This document shows, in pieces, positions 28,284-37,439 of a stretch of DNA of 64,000 nucleotides. The position numbers were made by a program, and so were the translations under genes. Each line of letters begins with the position of its first letter. Position 1 is the first letter of the stretch. Under the pieces are notes generated by a model that ran no database searches, was not told the DNA's origin, and saw nothing but the letters and a program-made list of their open reading frames with translations. The stretch covers positions 1,385-65,384 of the forward strand of contig CAZXGD010000012.1 of the NCBI GenBank assembly GCA_964640485.1. The letters are read 5' to 3'. The stretch comes from an uncultured Isosphaeraceae bacterium. GTDB taxonomy: Bacteria > Planctomycetota > Phycisphaerae > Phycisphaerales > SM1A02.

Positions 28284-30680
28284 GTGATGATGCGTCCTAC
28301 CTTCATGGTGCTGGCACTGGCGTGTGGAACGGCCGCCACTTCTGCAGCATGGGCCTTTCCTCAGGAGGACCCCGGCGATGGACTTGAGGAACTCGCTGAT
28401 TCCAAGGGCCAGCTGGGAGGAGCGAGCCGACTTTCGCCTCAACAGATTCAAGCGCACGCCGCGGCTGTGGCGGCGCGTGCACCAGATTCAGTGGAGGCCT
28501 TTCGCGCACTTGAGCAGCGAGTGATGAAGACCGCCGCGCGTGCGCTGCCAGCGGTCGTGGGATTGCTGCTTGCGCCCGATGGACAGATGGGTGCGGGAAG
28601 CGGCGTGATCATCTCTGCGGATGGATGGATTCTGACCGCAGGTCACGTGGGTGCTAAGCCCGGTGTTGACGTGCGGGTGTTGCTGGCCGATGGAACAGAG
28701 CTCAAGGGAGTCACCATGGGTCAGCACCTTGATCAAGATCAAGATGCAGGTTTGGTGAAGGTGGACACGCAGGGCAAGGCGCTGCCATTTCTGCCTCTTG
28801 GCAGCTCCAAGAACCTGTCGGTGGGGGACCCCATTCTGGTGTTTGGCCATCCGTTGGGTCCAGAACTCAAGCCTTGGCGGCCGCCGCCGCTTCGTGTTGG
28901 TCACATACTGGCACTTGAGGGCACAGTGCTGGCGATGGATGCGCCGGTGACGCCGGGTGACTCCGGCGGACCAGTGCTGGATCTTGATGGACGAATCGTG
29001 GGCGTCACCAGCGTGGCCAGCCACCGCCCTGACGTCAACGCTGCGGTTACGGTCGATTTTGTAAACAGCAAGTTGGAAGCGCTAAAGCAGCCGCAGCGAA
29101 CGGGTGCAGCCGACCCCAATGGCGCGGCCATGGTGGGTTTGGACGATGCATTTGCTCCCGCCGCGCACCAAGCGCAACGGGCACGGCAGCAAAAAGTGAA
29201 TGAAGTTCTGGCGCCGCTGGTCTTTACGGCCACTGACAGCGTGGTGACCGTGATGGTCGACGCGCGCGCGGCGGCTCTGGGGGTGGTGGTTGACGACGCT
29301 GGACACATTCTCACCAAGGCCAGTGAGGTGGGTGTGGGTCCGCGCATCGTGCAGGTGGCCATGCCTGATGGCCAGATCGTTGGGGCCAAACGAATCGCTC
29401 AAGATGAACGACTGGACTTGATGCTCTTGGCCACCGGCGTGACAGACAGCGACCCCATTCAATTTGTGGATGCCGAGCTAGGTTTTGGCGCGGCCGTGAT
29501 TTCTGTCGGGCAAGGAATGGCGCCCGCCGCAGTCGGGTTTCGCTCTCTGGGGGCCTACGACGCGGGAGCATCAGATCAAGCCAGTCGATCGCTCATCGGT
29601 GTTGTGCTCAGGCCCGCCACAACGGCGGACCGGCTGCCCGCACCGGGGGTGGTTGTGGTGGAGGTCATGGACGGATCCGGCGCCAAGGAAGCAGGGCTGC
29701 GTGAAGGGGACGGCCTGTTGGTGGTGGACGGTGTAGCGCTCACCTCACCGGATGCTCCCGGAGCGGTGCTCAGGCAGCATGCCCCAGGGGACACCGTTCA
29801 GATTGAGTATGTGCGCGGCGGCGTCCGCAAGACGGCCAGCGTTCGCCTGCAGCGCCCCCCGATTGAAATGGGGCCAGGCAATGTGGGCGCGGCGCTCAGC
29901 CGAAGAGCCACAGGATTCGGGCCGGTGATTCAGCATGACGGAGTTGTTCCAGCGGAAGCCATGGGAGCGCCCGTTGTGGACAGTACGGGTCAGGTGGTGG
30001 GGCTGAACATTGCGCGCGCGGATCGCACCAAGACGTACGCATTGTCATCAGCAACGGTGAGTGAGGCGTTGAAGCGCTTGCTGCAAGCGGCGGCCGAGGG
30101 TCAGAGCGCGGAGCCGCCTGACTTGCGAACGGTGCTCACGCCCGTGGCGATACGCAGCGATGGCCGGGCAGTGCTGAGTGCCGGGCAAGCACGCCTGTAC
30201 GGACCCACCATCACACTGCAGGGAGAGGATGACTTTCAGGTGATTCAGGGGTGGGCCTCTCCAGAAGATGTGGCGGTGTGGGTGCTCGACGTGCCCGCCC
30301 CAGGCCGCTACGAGTTTCACATTGACGCGCTGGGAGTTGTCGGCGGCAACGTGGATTTGTTTGTGGCTGGCGAGCTCTTTACGGTTCGCATCAAGCCCAC
30401 CCCCGACGAGACCGACTTTCAGGCAAGCCGGGCGGGGGAATCATTCTTTGAAGAAGCGGGCCCAGTGTTGGTGCGAGTTCAACCTCTTGACCGACCGCGC
30501 GGGCCGATCATGAACCTGCGTGAAGTGCGCGTGTCGCGCATGGATGTCGTGCGCTTGCTTGAACGAATGGTTCCCATCTTGCGCTTCCGCGACATGGAGC
30601 GCGTTCAGCGAGACTGGGATCGCGAAGCACAAAAGGCGCGCGCGCGTAAAGCCAACGAGCAAACGGAGGTTCCCAAGTGA
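28284..30680 (+). CDS. secreted HtrA/trypsin-like serine protease with a second degenerate protease-like domain, a PDZ domain and a C-terminal beta-rich domain
   Basis: Signal peptide MMMRPTFMVLALACGTAATSAAWA. Domain 1 has the full triad context (TAGHV, DAGLVKV, GDSGGPVLDLDGRIVGV). The PDZ is GVVVVEVMDGSGAKEAGLREGDGLLVVDG. Domain 2 has GHILTKASEV and LDLMLLA, but MGAPVVDSTGQVVGLNIA where the Ser motif should be. Confidence 0.85.
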   Translation: MMMRPTFMVLALACGTAATSAAWAFPQEDPGDGLEELADSKGQLGGASRLSPQQIQAHAAAVAARAPDSVEAFRALEQRVMKTAARALPAVVGLLLAPDGQMGAGSGVIISADGWILTAGHVGAKPGVDVRVLLADGTELKGVTMGQHLDQDQDAGLVKVDTQGKALPFLPLGSSKNLSVGDPILVFGHPLGPELKPWRPPPLRVGHILALEGTVLAMDAPVTPGDSGGPVLDLDGRIVGVTSVASHRPDVNAAVTVDFVNSKLEALKQPQRTGAADPNGAAMVGLDDAFAPAAHQAQRARQQKVNEVLAPLVFTATDSVVTVMVDARAAALGVVVDDAGHILTKASEVGVGPRIVQVAMPDGQIVGAKRIAQDERLDLMLLATGVTDSDPIQFVDAELGFGAAVISVGQGMAPAAVGFRSLGAYDAGASDQASRSLIGVVLRPATTADRLPAPGVVVVEVMDGSGAKEAGLREGDGLLVVDGVALTSPDAPGAVLRQHAPGDTVQIEYVRGGVRKTASVRLQRPPIEMGPGNVGAALSRRATGFGPVIQHDGVVPAEAMGAPVVDSTGQVVGLNIARADRTKTYALSSATVSEALKRLLQAAAEGQSAEPPDLRTVLTPVAIRSDGRAVLSAGQARLYGPTITLQGEDDFQVIQGWASPEDVAVWVLDVPAPGRYEFHIDALGVVGGNVDLFVAGELFTVRIKPTPDETDFQASRAGESFFEEAGPVLVRVQPLDRPRGPIMNLREVRVSRMDVVRLLERMVPILRFRDMERVQRDWDREAQKARARKANEQTEVPK

Positions 30681-31162
30681 GCCAAGAGGCAGAGTCAAGC
30701 GGCCGATGGGACCTGCGGTTCCTCGGATTGGCGGATCAGATTGCGCTGTGGAGCAAGGATCCTTCGCGGGGCGTAGGCGCGGTGATCGTGAGCCAACAAA
30801 GGCAGATCGTGGCCACTGGGTTCAATGGGCTTCCACGCGGGATCGCGGATTTGCCCGAACGCCTGGAGCGCCCCACCAAATATGACCTCGTGTGCCATGC
30901 AGAACTCAATGCCATCATCCAGTGCGCGCGCAATGGTGTGAGCCCGGTGGGGTGCACGCTTTACTCCAGTTTTAGCCCTTGTGTGCAGTGCACGTTGGCG
31001 ATCGTGCAGTCAGGAATCGTTCGCGTGGTGACCTACGACACCACCGATGGGGATGCGCATTGGCAAGAGAGCATTGCCAAAGCCACAGCAGTGATGCAGG
31101 AGGCGGGCGTTCGGTATGAACGAAAAGTGCGTGCGGCGCAGTTACATGCGCTCGGGCGCTGA
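30677..31162 (+). CDS. dCMP (deoxycytidylate) deaminase, ComEB-like
   Basis: Contains WDLRFLGLADQIALWSKDPSRGVGAVIV, the zinc motifs HAELNAI and PCVQC, and is ~160 aa long. The GTGA start overlaps the protease stop. Confidence 0.85.
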   Translation: MSQEAESSGRWDLRFLGLADQIALWSKDPSRGVGAVIVSQQRQIVATGFNGLPRGIADLPERLERPTKYDLVCHAELNAIIQCARNGVSPVGCTLYSSFSPCVQCTLAIVQSGIVRVVTYDTTDGDAHWQESIAKATAVMQEAGVRYERKVRAAQLHALGR

Positions 31163-33004
31163 GATGCCCAGCAGCCCCAGCCCATCAGCGAGCACATGCT
31201 TGGAAAGCAGACAGAAACGCAGGCGGCTGGCGCGCACGGCGTCATCTGGGCACTTGAGTACCGGGCACTGCTGATAGAAGGCATTGAACGTCGTGGCCAA
31301 CTCATGCAGATATGAGCACAGTCGGCTGGGGTCAAGAGCGTGCGCCACATCGCGCACCACATGGGGATAGCGCAGAAGCGTAAGAGCGAGTTGTCGTTCT
31401 GCGGGTTCACGGGGCATGAAGTGTGGGCGAGCGCCGGCCTCTGCGGCTGCTGCAAGCGCCTTGCTCAACAGCGTGGCGATTCGCGCGTGCGCGTACTGCA
31501 GATATGGGCCGGTGTCGCCTTCAAAGCTCACCATTCGATCTAAGTCAAAGACGTAGTCGCGGGTGACGTCGCTGCCTAAGTCCGCGTACTTCACTGCGGC
31601 GATTCCAACAGATCGGCCGATGGCGCACAAATCATCTTCACTCATGCCCGCCGTGGGGGCGTTGGGTTCCTGTGCCCGCGCGCGAACTTCTGCAATGCCG
31701 CGCTGGCACGCTTCTTCAAGCAGGGCGCGAAGGGTGAAGTTCTGCCCGCTGCGAGTCTTCAGCGGCTTTTTGTCTTTGCCCAGCACGGCGCCGAAACCCA
31801 CGTGCACCAGTTGCGCATGCGTGCCATCGGGGAGCGTCTCCCAGCCAATGAGCCGCGCGGCGTCGAAGACGTCTTTAAAGTGATCGCGTTGACGTGCGTC
31901 AACCACGTACACCACGCGGTCGGCGTGAAGTTCCTGCACGCGCAACTTCACCGCGGCCAGATCCGTGGTGCTGTACATAAAGCCACCGTCGCGCTTGCGG
32001 ATCAAAAGTGGGCGTTCGCGGTCTGCAAATCGCACCACGATGGCGCCATCGTCTTCAACCCCCAGCCCCGCCTTGACGAACGCTTCAACCACCTTGGGAA
32101 GCTCCTGGCGAAAGTAGCTTTCGCCCCGGCTGTGCTCTGAGGTGAGTTTGACGCCCAGCATTCCAGTGATCTGAAAGACCTCGTGCATGGTGCAGTCAAT
32201 GAGCTTCTGCCAAGCGGTCACCAACTCGACTTCGCCGGATTGCAGCCGAACCAACGTGGAGCGGGCGTCCTCTTGCACCAAGGCGGCGCCGGCATTCTGC
32301 GCTTCAAGTTCGGCAATTCTGTGAGGCCCCGCGCCGCTGGCCAACGCGGCACGCATGCCAGATTCGTCGCCTTGACCTTCAAGTTGCGCGGCGCGATAGG
32401 CGCGATTCAACTGCTCCAGATTCAGCGCGTCGAGGTTGGTGTTCTGGCGGCGCAGCGCAGCCAGCGTGATGGCAATGGGCAATCCCCAATCACCCAGGTG
32501 ATTCTCGCGTTTCACCAGACGGCCCAGTCGTTCATGCACGCGCGCCAGCGTGTCCCCGATGATGGTGGCGCGCAAGTGACCAACATGCATTTCTTTGGCC
32601 ACGTTCACGCCGCAAAGATCCACCACCACGGCGTAGGCCGACTGCACCGGAGCAATGCCTAAGTGTGGGGCGTCAAGCGCGTCCAGCATGGAAGCGAGCG
32701 CCTCTTGCGAAAGATGGATGTTGAGGAACCCAGGGCCAGCCACGGCAGTCTTGTCCGCGTCGGCCACACGGTTCAACGCACCCGAGGCGCGAGCCAACTC
32801 AAGCACCTGTGTGGCTAGCTCGCGTGGATTGCGCCCGAGTTCCTTGGCCAAACCCATGGCAAAGTTGGCCTGAAAATCGCCGAACTGCGGATTGCCGCTG
32901 GGCCGAAGCGCAGGATCGCACTGTGCGGGCGCGCGACCCGTGGCGGTTGCAATGGCGCCGCGCAGGGCGTCGTCAAGCAGTGCAACGGGATCGGCGGAGT
33001 GCAT
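31142..33004 (-). CDS. argS: arginine--tRNA ligase
   Basis: The 620-aa product from ATG 33004 (MHSADPVALLDDALRG...) has a HIGH-type motif (NVAKEMHVGHLR), KTRSGQNFTL and an anticodon-binding C-terminus ending in ...APERM. The 793-aa track ORF is over-extended. Confidence 0.93.
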   Translation of the reverse strand: MHSADPVALLDDALRGAIATATGRAPAQCDPALRPSGNPQFGDFQANFAMGLAKELGRNPRELATQVLELARASGALNRVADADKTAVAGPGFLNIHLSQEALASMLDALDAPHLGIAPVQSAYAVVVDLCGVNVAKEMHVGHLRATIIGDTLARVHERLGRLVKRENHLGDWGLPIAITLAALRRQNTNLDALNLEQLNRAYRAAQLEGQGDESGMRAALASGAGPHRIAELEAQNAGAALVQEDARSTLVRLQSGEVELVTAWQKLIDCTMHEVFQITGMLGVKLTSEHSRGESYFRQELPKVVEAFVKAGLGVEDDGAIVVRFADRERPLLIRKRDGGFMYSTTDLAAVKLRVQELHADRVVYVVDARQRDHFKDVFDAARLIGWETLPDGTHAQLVHVGFGAVLGKDKKPLKTRSGQNFTLRALLEEACQRGIAEVRARAQEPNAPTAGMSEDDLCAIGRSVGIAAVKYADLGSDVTRDYVFDLDRMVSFEGDTGPYLQYAHARIATLLSKALAAAAEAGARPHFMPREPAERQLALTLLRYPHVVRDVAHALDPSRLCSYLHELATTFNAFYQQCPVLKCPDDAVRASRLRFCLLSKHVLADGLGLLGISAPERM

Positions 33005-33052
33005 CTGGGCAAGCGTACTTGATGGCTTGAACCTGCCACGCCCGTAGCATGA

Positions 33053-34120
33053 GTGCTGAAAGGACGCGGCCGTCAGGGTGCGGCAGCCAGCGTGATTCTG
33101 CTCACCACGAGTGCAGTTCTGTTCCTTCTTGCGATGACCGTGCGCGCCTGGAGGCGGCGCGCCATGAGGCGTGGCGTGGGCCCCATGCGCTGCGGAAAAT
33201 GCGCGCATCAGTTGGATCCGTCGCAAGAGGTTTGCCCCGAGTGTGGCCGAACCTGGCGGCCGGGTGACCCCGGAAGCGCTCGTGTGTTTGTGATGACCGC
33301 CGACGCCTTGGAGCGTCGTCGTCGGACGTGGCTGGTTCAACAATGGGTAATGACTGGCGCTGCGGCGGTACTCCTTGTGTGGGGAACGCCATTTGCAGTT
33401 GGGCTGTTTCCGACCCAGCCGTTTGTGAATGCCGTGTGGTTTGGCCCTATGCAAACGGCTGCACGGGGCACCGAATGGAGTGACAGCGATGTCGAGATGG
33501 TCGTACGTGTTGAAGGCTGGCACACCGATCAGGAGGCGTTTTCAAAGTCGCGGAGCCGAATGCAGGTTGAACGGATGCAGGTGACCGCTGTTACTCCGCG
33601 GCAGCGCACAGCACCGTTGGAAGACGTGCCCGCGGCGGAAAGCAGCAGCCCAGCGCGCATTGTGATTGAGCGAGACTATGAGCGCAGCCCAGCGGGCGTC
33701 TGGTACATGGTGGAGTCAACGGATGCTCGCAACATCACAAGTGGTCATTGGGGAGTATCACTTGATCTGCGCAACGACTACTCATTGAACACGCTGAGCC
33801 GGCTGATTCCGCTTGCCTTTCCAGATCTCACCAAACAGCAGATCGAGCGACTTGCGCCGCTCATGTTGCGCATCTTGGCGGGGGGTGCCACCGACGATCA
33901 TTGCGTCTGGGGCAACTCGCACTCCAGCTTTGAGCCGCCGGAGCGCGTGAAACTGGCAAAATCCACGCAGCAGCAGCGCTACATCGGCAGCGCGCTCGTG
34001 GCCCTGGTGGCTGCTGTGGTTGCCCTCAGTTGGATACGTGTGCTCTGGTTGGACCGATCGCGTCGCCCGTGGGGCCGTCAGCACCGGGGCGAACTCATGA
34101 TGTCTGCACGCTCCCTGTAG
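33053..34120 (+). CDS. hypothetical membrane protein with an N-terminal zinc-ribbon motif
   Basis: TM helix (VILLTTSAVLFLLAMTV), CGKCAHQLDPSQEVCPECG, and further TM segments including a C-terminal one (ALVALVAAVVALSWI). Confidence 0.5.
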   Translation: MLKGRGRQGAAASVILLTTSAVLFLLAMTVRAWRRRAMRRGVGPMRCGKCAHQLDPSQEVCPECGRTWRPGDPGSARVFVMTADALERRRRTWLVQQWVMTGAAAVLLVWGTPFAVGLFPTQPFVNAVWFGPMQTAARGTEWSDSDVEMVVRVEGWHTDQEAFSKSRSRMQVERMQVTAVTPRQRTAPLEDVPAAESSSPARIVIERDYERSPAGVWYMVESTDARNITSGHWGVSLDLRNDYSLNTLSRLIPLAFPDLTKQQIERLAPLMLRILAGGATDDHCVWGNSHSSFEPPERVKLAKSTQQQRYIGSALVALVAAVVALSWIRVLWLDRSRRPWGRQHRGELMMSARSL

Positions 34121-35199
34121 AGCCGCTCCATGAGCGCGTCGTACGCCTCCACCGTGGTGGTGGCGTGCGGCACCGCGGCCAAGTGAAGCATGGCGCAGAG
34201 TGAGTGAAAGTCCTCCACGCTTACATACTCTCGCCCCACTGTGGCGGGGGTCGTGCCCGCCGCCACTCCGTCAATATCAACCATGTTGTGATAGTTGCCC
34301 AGCGGCAGGCAAAGGCAGGTGCTTTGGTAGCCGTACGCGGCGAACGCGGTGGCTTCGCAAGCTCCACCCGCCATCAGTTTGCGTTGATAGGCAAAGGCTG
34401 GGTTGCGCTTCTTCTCTTCGGCAAAGAGGCGCGTGAGCTCGTTGGTGAGATCTGGAGTAAAGACACTCAAGCGATCACCCACGCGCAAGATGGCACCCGC
34501 GCCGATGGGGCTGTCATTCGGAAAGCTCCTGCTGTTTTCAAGGCAGATCAAGTGCGCATTCTTGGGCACCCACGCATTGCGTGCGGCATGAATAGCGCCT
34601 AGGAAGCCCACCTCTTCTGCCACCGTCAGCAACACGCCCACGTGCGCCGCCTCTGGAATGCTCAGCATCTCTTCAAGCACGCAGAGCGCCGCAGCGACTG
34701 CAGCCAAGTCATCGCACGCATCGGTGTGAATGCAGCCATCAATGATTTCAGCGCGTGGAAAGTGCCACCGCGCAATGTCGCCGGGCGCGATGGCGGCAGG
34801 CGAGCCTCCTTCCAACCGGGCGCGCACCCGCTTGAAGGGCGTGGCCTTGGCATCCAAGCTGGTGATGGTGGCTTGAAACTGCTCCTGCTGTGCATTCACA
34901 ATCGAAACGGCGGCACCCACAAAGTACGGATCATTCACGCCGCCGCGGAACTCAAGCTCCAGCTCCTGCGAGCCGGCGTCAACACCGCTCGTCACTACAA
35001 ACGCCGGATGGTCCAAGTGCGCGGTGATCACCATGGGCGTGCGCTGACTTGCGGCACGCGCGGTCTGCCAGATAAGCCAATTGCCCACGGAGTCTCGCTG
35101 GATCTGCAGTTTGCCCGCGTGCCGCGACAGAAAGCGCTCGACATACTCGTGCACCCGCCATTCGCGGCCGGCAGCGGTGGGGATCTGCGTAACCTGCAT
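34078..35199 (-). CDS. M42/M20-like metallopeptidase-family hydrolase
   Basis: Contains ITAHLDHPAF, TDACDDLAAVAAAL and LTVAEEVGFLGA (the QEEVG-type motif). The start is ATG 35199 (MQVTQIP) or 35247. The 595-aa track ORF is over-extended across ribBA. Confidence 0.6.
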   Translation of the reverse strand: MQVTQIPTAAGREWRVHEYVERFLSRHAGKLQIQRDSVGNWLIWQTARAASQRTPMVITAHLDHPAFVVTSGVDAGSQELELEFRGGVNDPYFVGAAVSIVNAQQEQFQATITSLDAKATPFKRVRARLEGGSPAAIAPGDIARWHFPRAEIIDGCIHTDACDDLAAVAAALCVLEEMLSIPEAAHVGVLLTVAEEVGFLGAIHAARNAWVPKNAHLICLENSRSFPNDSPIGAGAILRVGDRLSVFTPDLTNELTRLFAEEKKRNPAFAYQRKLMAGGACEATAFAAYGYQSTCLCLPLGNYHNMVDIDGVAAGTTPATVGREYVSVEDFHSLCAMLHLAAVPHATTTVEAYDALMERLYRERADIMSSPRC

Positions 35200-35304
35200 G
35201 AGCACAGAAAGGCGCTGTGACCGGGGTTCTGATGAGGCAGCGTGCATCGGCGGCAGTCTATTGGGGGTTACAACGGCACCAAGCCATCGCCTAACCTTTG
35301 CGGA

Positions 35305-36507
35305 ATGCCCCTGAGCGCCATCCCCGAGATTCTTGATGACCTTCGCGCGGGCAAGGTCGTTGTGCTTGTGGACGATGAGAACCGGGAGAACGAGGGCGAC
35401 TTTGTGGTGGCGGCAGAGTTTGTCACCCCTGAAACCATCAACTTTCTCACGCGCATTGGCGGCGGCTACTTGTGTGTGAGTCTTGAAGAAGAAGCGTGCG
35501 ACCGCCTTGACTTGCACCCGCAAACGGTGAGCAACACCAGCGTGCGCGGCACGCCCTTCACGGTGAGCGTGGATGGCCACCCCAGACATGGTGTGGGCAC
35601 CGGTATCAGCGCACGCGACCGTGCTCGCACCATTCAGATGCTCATCGACCCGGCGATCCGCGCGGATGACTTTGTGCGTCCGGGCCACATCAATCCACTC
35701 CGCGCGCGCAACGGCGGTGTGCTGGTGCGAACCGGCCAAACCGAAGGAAGCCTTGATTTGTGTCGGTTGGCGGGGCTGAAGCCCGCGGCCGCCATCATTG
35801 AGGTCGTTCGCGCCGACGGCGAAATGGCCCGCGTGCCAGACTTGGAACACATCTGCGCTCAGCATGGATTACGAATGTGTTCTGTCGAGCAGATCATCAA
35901 GCATCGGGTGGCGCGCGAGGCGCTGGTGCGGCGCATGGATCCGCTCGGTGGTACGCCGATTGAAACTCCCGAGGGCCAGTTTCAGCTGTTTGCGTGGGAG
36001 AGCCACTTGGATTCCTTGCCACACTTGGCGCTCACACTGGGTGGCGTGGGCCAACTCGATGCGCAGGGCAATGCGCGCAGCATCATGGAGCCCGTACTTG
36101 TGCGCGTTCAGCGTCGTGAGATTCTTAGCGACGTCTTTGGCGTGCGCTGGAAGGCCGACGAACCCAGCGGCCAAGAGAGCGCGCGAGCAAGTCTGCGGGC
36201 CATTCAGCACGCGGGTGAGGGCGTGCTGCTCTACCTGCGCACCGATGGATTCGGCGTTGATCTGCCCGATCGCATCGCTCGGGTGAAGCGCCCTGAACTG
36301 TTCGACCCCAATGCCCCCGATTTGGCGCGCGCGGAAGCACATGGAGCGCTGAGCCAGCCCATGGACGAGCGCATGCTGGGGGTTGGCAGCCAGATTCTGC
36401 GAGATCTAGGACTTAGCAAACTAAGGCTTCTTACCAACCACCCCAAGCCTCTACCGGGGCTGCACGGGTTTGGTCTTGAGATTGTTGAAACTGTTCCTAT
36501 CAAATGA
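35305..36507 (+). CDS. ribBA: 3,4-dihydroxy-2-butanone-4-phosphate synthase fused to a GTP-cyclohydrolase-II-like domain that lacks the zinc cysteines
   Basis: The RibB half has [25 protein letters not shown] and [13 protein letters not shown]. The C-terminal half is colinear with RibA (LRLLTNHPK...) but reads [22 protein letters not shown] where RibA has VHSECLTGD...RCDCG. Confidence 0.85.
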   Translation: MPLSAIPEILDDLRAGKVVVLVDDENRENEGDFVVAAEFVTPETINFLTRIGGGYLCVSLEEEACDRLDLHPQTVSNTSVRGTPFTVSVDGHPRHGVGTGISARDRARTIQMLIDPAIRADDFVRPGHINPLRARNGGVLVRTGQTEGSLDLCRLAGLKPAAAIIEVVRADGEMARVPDLEHICAQHGLRMCSVEQIIKHRVAREALVRRMDPLGGTPIETPEGQFQLFAWESHLDSLPHLALTLGGVGQLDAQGNARSIMEPVLVRVQRREILSDVFGVRWKADEPSGQESARASLRAIQHAGEGVLLYLRTDGFGVDLPDRIARVKRPELFDPNAPDLARAEAHGALSQPMDERMLGVGSQILRDLGLSKLRLLTNHPKPLPGLHGFGLEIVETVPIK

Positions 36508-37415
36508 GCGCGCGGCGCGTACACAGTAGGAGAATGCCCTTGATCTCTGCCATCTGCGCTGCGGCAGTTTGCGCGGCCTGTTCCTCGCCCCCTGCGCCCG
36601 GTTCAGGACCGTCTGGCAACGCTCCCCCAGCTGCTGTACCAGCGGCACCTGCGACCCCTGCGGCACCCGTCGATCCACCGTCTGCACGGTTGCCGGCCGC
36701 CAAGTACCCCAATGCCGAAGCGTTGCTTGACGCCGCAGAGCGAGTGTCACAATCGCTTACAGACTTCTCCGCGTCCATCACGCTGGAAACCACCGACGAT
36801 GTCACCTCAGACACGGAGCGCCGGAATGGACAGGTGGTCTTTGTGCAAGAGGCGGGCAAGCCAGAGACGCGCAGTTTTGCAGTGGTGTTCTCCACGTTCA
36901 TTGACAGTTCCGGACGCGTGGATCAGAAGCCCGTGCGCTACCTGTACGCAGATGGTTGGCTCACCGAGGCGGACTTCACGCAGCGAACGCTCATCCGGCG
37001 GCAACTGGCCAGACCTGGTGAGCCTTACGACCCACTGAAGCCAGGCGAGGGCCCGGTTCCCTTGCCGGTGGGCCAGCGCAAGGCGGATGTGCTCAAACGT
37101 TTTGAGGTGTCCACCGTGCACGTGCCACAGTCGCCTGCGTTGGCCAAACTCACTGACATTCAGGGGGTGGTGATGACACCAAGGCCTGGCATGGCTGATC
37201 GCGATTTGGTGAAGGCCATCGTGTGGTACGACCTTCGCAGCAGGGCTCCCGTTGGAGTTGAAGCGGAACGCCGCAACGGCAAGACAGTCGTGGTGCTGAG
37301 AGATGGCAAAGTGAACGCGGGGCTCACAGCCGAACAGAAGTCGCTGCTTACCCTTGCTGCGGGGCAGACCGAGGGATGGCGGGTGGACGAACGACCACTG
37401 CCGCCCGCTCCTTGA
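36504..37415 (+). CDS. hypothetical lipoprotein (possibly LolA-fold-like)
   Basis: Lipobox AAVCAACSS and a Pro/Ala-rich linker. Its ATGA start overlaps the ribBA stop. The fold assignment is weak. Confidence 0.5.
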   Translation: MSARRVHSRRMPLISAICAAAVCAACSSPPAPGSGPSGNAPPAAVPAAPATPAAPVDPPSARLPAAKYPNAEALLDAAERVSQSLTDFSASITLETTDDVTSDTERRNGQVVFVQEAGKPETRSFAVVFSTFIDSSGRVDQKPVRYLYADGWLTEADFTQRTLIRRQLARPGEPYDPLKPGEGPVPLPVGQRKADVLKRFEVSTVHVPQSPALAKLTDIQGVVMTPRPGMADRDLVKAIVWYDLRSRAPVGVEAERRNGKTVVVLRDGKVNAGLTAEQKSLLTLAAGQTEGWRVDERPLPPAP

Positions 37416-37439
37416 TCGATTGCAGTTCATGTATCTCTC

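Noticed and set aside
30677-31162. The cytidine/dCMP deaminase next to a kinase as a possible anti-phage nucleotide-depletion system.
   Set aside because: The deaminase is a standard ~160-aa ComEB-type dCMP deaminase (HAE and PCxxC motifs, WD.YF-like N-terminus). It is separate from the kinase and sits in a housekeeping context with no mobile or defence neighbours.
35200-35304. Possible FMN (RFN) riboswitch upstream of ribBA.
   Set aside because: Only ~105 nt are available, and none of the conserved RFN core segments could be found by eye.
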